Of a stretch of DNA of 32,531 nt, positions 26,072 through 32,531 are shown one piece after another (within the stretch, counting starts at the first letter, position 1; each line of letters opens with the position of its first letter). The notes beneath the pieces were generated by a model that saw only the letters and a program-made list of their open reading frames with translations, did not search any database and was not told the origin of the DNA. This stretch comes from Promethearchaeota archaeon (lineage in GTDB: Archaea; Asgardarchaeota; Lokiarchaeia; Sigyniarchaeales; SOKP01). Both the position numbers and the translations under genes were made by a program. The stretch is taken from positions 1 to 32,531 of the forward strand of contig JAEOTS010000006.1 in NCBI GenBank assembly GCA_016839745.1. Direction: 5' to 3'.

Positions 26072-27181
26072 TTAGTCGGAAATATATTCCATTCCTTTAT
26101 ACGACTTTTTTTCTTCAATTAAGGGTGCACACATCATATAATGTTCACCCCCTAGATCGATCCTTGTGGGGTTGTTTACATCGCATGCTGCATGATTTCC
26201 CATCTCGTAACATCTTGGATGAAAAGCACATCCGCTTGGAGGATTTACTGGGCTGGGAACATCGCCTTCTAAGATAACTCTTTGTGATTTTGAGTCAGGA
26301 TCGAAGGTTGGTCTTGCTGAGAGTAATGCTTTAGTATATGGATGAGTTGGATTGTAAAATACTTCATCTATGGTTCCTCCTTCGACGAACTTACCTAAAT
26401 ACATTACTTGAATTCGATCAGCGATATGTTGAATAACACTTAAATCGTGGGTAATGAATAGGTATGACAACCCAAATCTTTTTTGAAGTTCTTTTAATAA
26501 ATTTAAAATCTGTGCTTGAACTGATACATCTAACGCGGATGTAGGTTCGTCCAGAATAATTAATTCAGGATTACAGGCTAAAGCTCTAGCAATCACTATC
26601 CTTTGTTTTTGTCCTCCTGAAAATTCGTGAGCGTATCGATCTAAATGTTCTGCTTTCATTGAAACGGTTTCTAACAATTCAAGGACTCTTCTTCGAATTT
26701 CTCTCTTCTTTTTTATCCCCAATAATATTTTAAGAGGTTCCCCAATAATGTTAACAATCTTCCAACGAGGATTTAAAGAAGAATCGGGATCTTGAAATAC
26801 CATTTGAATTTTTTTACGAAATTTTTTAGTGTATTGTATTTCGTTCGTCATTTCAATTGGTTCATTTTTCTGGAATTTAGCGATTAATCCTTTACGTTTT
26901 GTTAATCTTTGACTGCCAAAATATATGTCTCCCGACTCAGGTTCAACTAAATTCAAAAGCGTATTTCCAATTGTCGTTTTACCGCATCCGCTTTCTCCGA
27001 CTAATCCAAGAGTTTCATTCCTACGAATATCAAAACTGACGCCATCAACAGCTTTAACTACCCCTACTTTTCTTTTAAACATACCTCCTAATATTGGGAA
27101 GTAAGTTTTAAGGTTTCTTACTGAAAGGAGGTAATCTTTTGCTACCCGTTCTGCATCAATTTTTTCATCAATTATAGTCAT
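26072..27181 (-). CDS. oppF: Oligopeptide/dipeptide ABC transporter ATPase (OppF/DppF)
   Basis: GESGCGKT, FQDP, FSGGQKQR, DEPTSALD, HPYT and GCAFHPRC. Confidence 0.93.
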   Translation of the reverse strand: MTIIDEKIDAERVAKDYLLSVRNLKTYFPILGGMFKRKVGVVKAVDGVSFDIRRNETLGLVGESGCGKTTIGNTLLNLVEPESGDIYFGSQRLTKRKGLIAKFQKNEPIEMTNEIQYTKKFRKKIQMVFQDPDSSLNPRWKIVNIIGEPLKILLGIKKKREIRRRVLELLETVSMKAEHLDRYAHEFSGGQKQRIVIARALACNPELIILDEPTSALDVSVQAQILNLLKELQKRFGLSYLFITHDLSVIQHIADRIQVMYLGKFVEGGTIDEVFYNPTHPYTKALLSARPTFDPDSKSQRVILEGDVPSPVNPPSGCAFHPRCYEMGNHAACDVNNPTRIDLGGEHYMMCAPLIEEKKSYKGMEYISD

Positions 27182-27217
27182 TTTTATTCCTTTATCTAAT
27201 TTATATTATTCAATTAA

Positions 27218-28498
27218 TTACACTCTATGCGAGGCATCGTCCTCTTTATCTGTCCACACATATTTAGGGGAATTTTTATATTCCTCATCGAATAAATGGC
27301 ATGCAACAAAAAACTTATCACCTATTTCGTTGAGTTTTGGTTTTACCTTATCGCATATTTCCATTCTTTCATCGCATCTTGGGTGAAATCTACAGCCAGA
27401 CGGGGGATAGATTAAATTAGGGACCATTCCTCTAATTACCTGTAATTTTGAATCTCTCTTTTCAATACTTGGAATAGCTGCTATTAATCCAATTGTGTAT
27501 GGATGCCGTGGATTATTAAAAAGATCTGTTGCTAGAGCATATTCAACAATATTACCACTATACATTACAGCTACTCTATCACACATTTCAGCGATGATAC
27601 CTAAATCGTGAGTAATTAAGAGGACTGAAGTTTTAAACTTTTTTTTTAAATCCTTCATTAATTCAAGAATTTGGGCTTGAATTGTTACATCTAACGCTGT
27701 TGTGGGTTCGTCGGCAATCAATAACTTTGGATTACAAGAAAGTGCCATCGCAATCATCACTCTTTGCCTCATGCCGCCACTTAACTCATGAGGGTATCTT
27801 TTCAAAATACCCCTTTCATCTGCAATCCCTACTTCTTTAAGAATCTTTGCTCCTTTTTCCTCTAGAACTTCATCAGTTTTCGGTATATGCTTAGTTTCTT
27901 GATGTAATTTTGTAATTTCTTTTGTAATTTCTTCGATTTCTGCTTCTGTTAACCGTAGATTACTATCTTTTAATTTCTTTTTCAATTCTTTTTGTTTTTT
28001 TTGCTTATTTTTCCTTTCTAATAATAGATTATCTAAAATTTCTTTGAGGATATGTTTTTGATGTAATTCAAAAACTTCATATAATTGTTCACCTACAGAT
28101 AAGACAGGATTTAGTGAATTTAAGGGGTCTTGAAAAATCATGGTTATGTCTTTACCACGATATCCCCTCATTTCTTTCTCGGATTTCTCTAGTAGGCTAT
28201 TTTTATCGAAGATTATTGTACCTTCTATTATTTCACCCGGTGCTCGTACAAGACGCAAAATCGAAAGAGCAGTAACAGATTTTCCGCAACCAGTTTCTCC
28301 AACCAATCCCAGTACTTCGTCTTTGTACATATTAAATGATATTCCATCTACTGCTTTAACAATTCCTTCTTCCGTAAAAAATTGCGTTTTAAGACCATTA
28401 ACCTCAAGTAATATATCTGGATCACTACTCTCAGAGATCTTTGCTTGATCTAATTTTTGATCTTCTTTGCTCCTGTTTTCATTAATTATCGTATTCAT
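27218..28498 (-). CDS. oppD: Oligopeptide/dipeptide ABC transporter ATPase (OppD/DppD) with a coiled-coil insertion
   Basis: GETGCGKS, FQDP, LSGGMRQR, DEPTTALD and GCRFHPRC. Confidence 0.93.
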   Translation of the reverse strand: MNTIINENRSKEDQKLDQAKISESSDPDILLEVNGLKTQFFTEEGIVKAVDGISFNMYKDEVLGLVGETGCGKSVTALSILRLVRAPGEIIEGTIIFDKNSLLEKSEKEMRGYRGKDITMIFQDPLNSLNPVLSVGEQLYEVFELHQKHILKEILDNLLLERKNKQKKQKELKKKLKDSNLRLTEAEIEEITKEITKLHQETKHIPKTDEVLEEKGAKILKEVGIADERGILKRYPHELSGGMRQRVMIAMALSCNPKLLIADEPTTALDVTIQAQILELMKDLKKKFKTSVLLITHDLGIIAEMCDRVAVMYSGNIVEYALATDLFNNPRHPYTIGLIAAIPSIEKRDSKLQVIRGMVPNLIYPPSGCRFHPRCDERMEICDKVKPKLNEIGDKFFVACHLFDEEYKNSPKYVWTDKEDDASHRV

Positions 28499-28547
28499 TT
28501 TCCCTTTTCCCCTTATTGTTATATAATAAATTAATAAGATAGATATA

Positions 28548-29558
28548 CTATAAGTTCTTCATTCTAGGATCTAATGCGTCTCTTAGACCATCACCCAACA
28601 ACATAAAAGCCATGACAGTAAGTAGAATCATAAATCCAGGCCAAAACATTGACCATGGTGCACTATACATGTTTGATCTTGATATAGATATATCATTACC
28701 CCATTCAATCATTTGAGGATCCCCGTAACCAAGAAAACTAAGGCCCGCCAAGCTTAAAATAATACCTCCAATATCAAACGTGAAAGAAATCAAGACTGGC
28801 TGGAATGTATTAGGAAGAATGTGTTTAAACATAATTCTCAATTTTCCGGATCCTGCAACTTTTGCTGCTTCTACATATGGTAAATTTTTAGCTTGTAATA
28901 CTGATCCTCTTATTAAGCGAGAATATCCTGCAATACCCAGAATACCATAAGCTAGTATAAAAAATTCCACTTGCCGCCCCAAAATTTCGACGAATACTAA
29001 GAGTAATATTATTCCTGGAAACGCCAACAAGATATCCATTAATCTCATCAATACAGAATCAATCCATCCTCCATAATAGCCAGCAACCATACCGACAAGA
29101 ATGCCCATAAGAACAGAAAACAGTATAGCGGGTAAAGCAATTGTTATAGAAGACCTCGCGCCCCAGATCATCCTCCCCAAGATATCACGTCCATTTAGAG
29201 TTTGCCCCAAAGGATGCAATGGAGAAGGAGGGCTCCATTGTCCCCAGGTATAGCCTGTTAATTCGTCATATGTGTATATCGAAAGCCATTGGGGAAAAAC
29301 GGCAAATGTAACAATTACAAAAATAAGAACGATACCTACTAAGGTTAATACAGATTTTAATCTCCGGATAAATTTTCTTTTGCTTATCTGTTTTTCATAT
29401 TCAAATCTTCGTTTCTCCAAATCTTCAGATATATGACCAGGAACAAAAAGAAACTTGAGATTAGTTCCAATCCAATGTAATATCTCTCTTAAACCACTTA
29501 ATTTCTTTTTCTTCTCTTCTATTTCTATTAATTCCTCTTTCATAGTTGGTTCTATCAT
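28548..29558 (-). CDS. oppC: Oligopeptide/dipeptide ABC permease (OppC/DppC)
   Basis: HPLGQTLNGRDILGR; EAA loop YVEAAKVAG..IMFKHILPN; GDGLRDALDPR. Confidence 0.93.
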   Translation of the reverse strand: MIEPTMKEELIEIEEKKKKLSGLREILHWIGTNLKFLFVPGHISEDLEKRRFEYEKQISKRKFIRRLKSVLTLVGIVLIFVIVTFAVFPQWLSIYTYDELTGYTWGQWSPPSPLHPLGQTLNGRDILGRMIWGARSSITIALPAILFSVLMGILVGMVAGYYGGWIDSVLMRLMDILLAFPGIILLLVFVEILGRQVEFFILAYGILGIAGYSRLIRGSVLQAKNLPYVEAAKVAGSGKLRIMFKHILPNTFQPVLISFTFDIGGIILSLAGLSFLGYGDPQMIEWGNDISISRSNMYSAPWSMFWPGFMILLTVMAFMLLGDGLRDALDPRMKNL

Positions 29559-29581
29559 TTTTTACCACATAATTTATTTAT

Positions 29582-30598
29582 TTAATATCTTATTCTTGGA
29601 TCCAACAATCCATAAATTACATCCATTGCTAAATTTATAAGTATAAATGTCAATGCTACTAGAAATACACCTGCATTAATTACATAAAAGTCGTTTCTCC
29701 GTATTGCTGTTATCATGAGTTGCCCCATCCCACTCAAGTTAAAAGTAGTTTCAGTGAGAACTGCACCTGATAACAAATAACCAAAACTTAGTCCTATAAC
29801 TGTAGCAGTTGGGATTAATGCATTCTTAAGTGCGTGGGTACCTATTACATCTTTTTCAGCACATCCTTTTGCTCTTGCAGTTCTTATATAGTCTTGTTGT
29901 AAAACCTCTAACATGCTTGAGCGGGTTTGTCGTGTAATTGATGCTATTGTTATAAATGATAAGCAAGCTACAGGTAATATTAAATGCATCAGATAATCTA
30001 TAGTTAAGTAAAATTTGCCAGTTATTAGTGAATCTATTAATCTGAATCCCGTAATAAATTCAGGGTTATCATACCATGCTGTTTTAAATCCAATTGCAGG
30101 TAATACTGGGATTTGATAAGTGAGAAAATATTGAAGTATCATCCCCATCCAAAATATTGGAATTGATACTCCTACTAACGATATACCTCTAATTGTTGTA
30201 TCTTTATATTTATTTCTGTGTCTAGCTGAAACAACACCGGACTTGATTCCTATAACTGAGGCAATTATGATTGATAATATGGTAATTTCCATGGTCCTAG
30301 GGAATCGTGTCCATATAAGGCGCCAAACATCCTCACCATGATCAATAGTTATAGACCTACCCCAGTCCCCAGTAAACAAATCCCCTAAATATCTGAAGAA
30401 TTGTACAATTAATGGTTGATCAAACCCGAGAAAATGCTCCATCTCTCTAATCTCCTCAGGAGTAGGGTGTGGACCTAAATAGGCATAAACCGGGTTTCCT
30501 GGCATAAATCTAGAAAGAACATAAACTACAGTTATAGCTCCAAACAAGACGGGTATCATTGTTAAAGCTCTTTTTATTATATATTTGATTAGACTCAT
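29582..30598 (-). CDS. oppB: Oligopeptide/dipeptide ABC permease (OppB/DppB)
   Basis: MPGNP, GDWGRS, RSSMLEVLQQDYIRTARAKG, HALKNA and LDPRIRY. Confidence 0.93.
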   Translation of the reverse strand: MSLIKYIIKRALTMIPVLFGAITVVYVLSRFMPGNPVYAYLGPHPTPEEIREMEHFLGFDQPLIVQFFRYLGDLFTGDWGRSITIDHGEDVWRLIWTRFPRTMEITILSIIIASVIGIKSGVVSARHRNKYKDTTIRGISLVGVSIPIFWMGMILQYFLTYQIPVLPAIGFKTAWYDNPEFITGFRLIDSLITGKFYLTIDYLMHLILPVACLSFITIASITRQTRSSMLEVLQQDYIRTARAKGCAEKDVIGTHALKNALIPTATVIGLSFGYLLSGAVLTETTFNLSGMGQLMITAIRRNDFYVINAGVFLVALTFILINLAMDVIYGLLDPRIRY

Positions 30599-30664
30599 AT
30601 ACTTTATATCACCTACAAATCTTTATTTTTCGTAATTTTAACCATATTAATATAAATATTAACT

Positions 30665-31336
30665 TTAAGTTACAATTTTGTATCTCTTAAAATATTGAAC
30701 ATATTTTCGTTTTGCTAAGGCTGCTAAAATCGCGGCAAGTAAGTTAATACCTAATAAGCTTAGTATCGTTATATAACTTTCTATCCTTATGAAATAGAGT
30801 GGAATTATTAATAAATTAAATTCGTAAATAAAGAAATACCAAATCCACGTTTCAACAATAATAAAGGGAACTAGCCATATGCTATTTCTAATTCCATATT
30901 CATAAAATGTTTCTCTAAATACCATAATGAATACAATTAGGAATAACAGGATAACAGGATAAAAGCTAAGAGTAACATTTGCGTTTATAAATCCAAAGTA
31001 AGCGAGAGCTATGTTCAAAAAAAATAATGTAATTGAAACACCTATTAAAATAATAGATGGAATCGATTTCTCAGTGAATATTAATAACATAATCCCTATT
31101 ATTAATATTGATATTACCAAGATTAGAAGGCTAAATATTAAAGGAACCGAAATTAAGGGAACTGGATAAAACATAACCTTATAAAGAAATACGATATTTT
31201 CTGCAAGTGTTTTGTTTGTTTCTGGATTTAGAATTGTTTCCTTTGGAAAAAAATTGGATAAAAATCCAAAAAATACAAAGTGTATTAATAAGAGTGTTAA
31301 TATAATATTTCCCTGTCTTGCTAAATTAAGTTTCAT
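30665..31336 (-). CDS. Hypothetical multi-pass membrane protein
   Basis: About 6 TMs. Start overlaps the upstream stop (ATGA). Confidence 0.75.
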   Translation of the reverse strand: MKLNLARQGNIILTLLLIHFVFFGFLSNFFPKETILNPETNKTLAENIVFLYKVMFYPVPLISVPLIFSLLILVISILIIGIMLLIFTEKSIPSIILIGVSITLFFLNIALAYFGFINANVTLSFYPVILLFLIVFIMVFRETFYEYGIRNSIWLVPFIIVETWIWYFFIYEFNLLIIPLYFIRIESYITILSLLGINLLAAILAALAKRKYVQYFKRYKIVT

Positions 31337-32193
31337 AATAGCTCCTTCGAATCAATAGAGTTTAAAATGTGATCTTTAATAAGATATTCAGTTCTCGTAA
31401 CTTTATTAATGATTCGATTTATGTTAAAAATCCTTATATCACAGTGTTGTCTACCATTTGATAGGAGTTTTTTATTATAGCTAAATGTGTCAATAATATC
31501 ATCATATATTAAATAAGGTACAAACTCCATATTTGTTGATTTATTGTTAGTTAAGTTTTTTGTTTCAACAGAAATGATATTGGGATAGTATTTTTGTTTT
31601 TTTTCGTTACATAATTTCTCTGATAATATCTCATTACGTCTAATAATCGTAATTTTATTGTTTTCCATCTTTTTTTTAAAATAATTAACGATCTTTTCAC
31701 AATAGTTAATAAGCTCACTTTTGAAATTCATATCTATCTCATTTAGACCTTGTTTATCTATTTCATAATAAGTTCTCAAAAATTCTGATGTGATAAAAGT
31801 GAAATCTTCTGTCAAACTAGGGATTTCTGCTTGAATCAATTTTGATTTCTCAAACCATTTTTCTATTGATTCATTTCTTAACGTTTGAAAAGTGATTTCT
31901 TTGTATTTTTTTCTTGCATATGTAATTAAATTTTTAATCCCAAACAAAAAGAATAAATTAAAATTTATACTTAACCCATACCTCTCAAAGGTTTTTTTTA
32001 ACTCAAGGAAATCAGGAAAGATAAATAATGTTGCTTGACCATTAGTTAATTTATCTATCCTCATAGGGATTGGGTGGATAGGAATTCTAAAAGGATCATC
32101 GATAAAAAAGTCAAAATAAAAACCAAAAGGAGCTAAATCATTTTTGGAGCTTCTTAATTTTTTTGGTGGGTTTTTAAACATGTTAAAAATCAT
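31333..32193 (-). CDS. Hypothetical soluble protein
   Basis: 286-aa ORF coupled to the downstream membrane gene. No family recognised. Confidence 0.7.
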   Translation of the reverse strand: MIFNMFKNPPKKLRSSKNDLAPFGFYFDFFIDDPFRIPIHPIPMRIDKLTNGQATLFIFPDFLELKKTFERYGLSINFNLFFLFGIKNLITYARKKYKEITFQTLRNESIEKWFEKSKLIQAEIPSLTEDFTFITSEFLRTYYEIDKQGLNEIDMNFKSELINYCEKIVNYFKKKMENNKITIIRRNEILSEKLCNEKKQKYYPNIISVETKNLTNNKSTNMEFVPYLIYDDIIDTFSYNKKLLSNGRQHCDIRIFNINRIINKVTRTEYLIKDHILNSIDSKELL

Positions 32194-32258
32194 AAAATAT
32201 TTCTTAAAATTTAAAAAAAAAAAAAATTTGTTAGTTGTTTATTTTTAACTTACTTTCT

Positions 32259-32531
32259 TTATGCAAAGTAGCAAGGATAGCACCATTTTCTTCCAATGCT
32301 ATTGGTTGGGTAGCCTTCAACGGTCGAAGTCCAAGCGTCCCAGTTGATAGATGTCAGGAGCAACATACCAGGATAATCTCTTTCGATGAATTTTTGTTGG
32401 ATCTCCTGGAAAATTGCATCTCTTGCGGCGAAATCGGTTTCTGTAAGCATTTGTTCGTATAGACCGCCAGGACCGTGCATATCAGGTTCATAATAGTTTC
32501 CACCATTAATATCTTCGTCCCATATTGGAAG
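32259..32531 (-). CDS. C-terminal fragment of an ABC peptide-binding protein (SBP family 5, OppA/DppA-like); 5' part outside the window
   Basis: Frame open to the window edge (LPIWDEDINGGNYYEPDMHG...). TDFAARDAIFQEIQQKFIERDYP is typical of SBP_bac_5 C-termini. Upstream of oppBCDF. Confidence 0.75.
   Translation of the reverse strand, partial: LPIWDEDINGGNYYEPDMHGPGGLYEQMLTETDFAARDAIFQEIQQKFIERDYPGMLLLTSINWDAWTSTVEGYPTNSIGRKWCYPCYFA

Noticed and set aside
1315-32462. Other nested or antisense ORFs in the track (e.g. 1315-1569, 2571-2861, 10331-10708, 17751-18020, 25484-25852, 28140-28448, 32235-32462)
   Set aside because: They overlap well-supported genes and have no recognisable motifs.

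Overview
Very AT-rich archaeal chromosomal DNA, most likely from an Asgard archaeon (Lokiarchaeia-like). This is inferred from archaeal markers (Trm1, MptE, RadA/RadB-like ATPases, a NusA-like KH protein, a TFEbeta/RPC34-like protein) together with eukaryote-like proteins (an OSTC/DC2-type oligosaccharyltransferase subunit, a C4HC3 RING-like finger, an FG-GAP-like propeller). Most of the window is housekeeping or metabolic: pepD, gcvH, rlmE, trm1, a class I FBPase, tlyA, and an opp/dpp ABC operon. The most interesting part is a ~5 kb module at about 1.7-7.1 kb. It is bracketed by a ~275-bp direct repeat, the 3' end of a class II glutamine amidotransferase gene, with the left copy decayed. It encodes glutamate dehydrogenase, a membrane histidine kinase, a stand-alone receiver, a receiver-Lrp/AsnC fusion transcription factor and a small Zn-ribbon protein. 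The promoters of gdhA and the Zn-ribbon gene share the same layout: three CGAA-N5-TTCG palindromes at 30 and 90 bp spacing, with TTATATAT starting 21 nt after the second box. This suggests a self-contained, phosphorylation-controlled Lrp regulon. Both gdhA and the REC-Lrp gene also appear to need non-AUG starts. I saw no tRNA, rRNA, CRISPR array or transposase.
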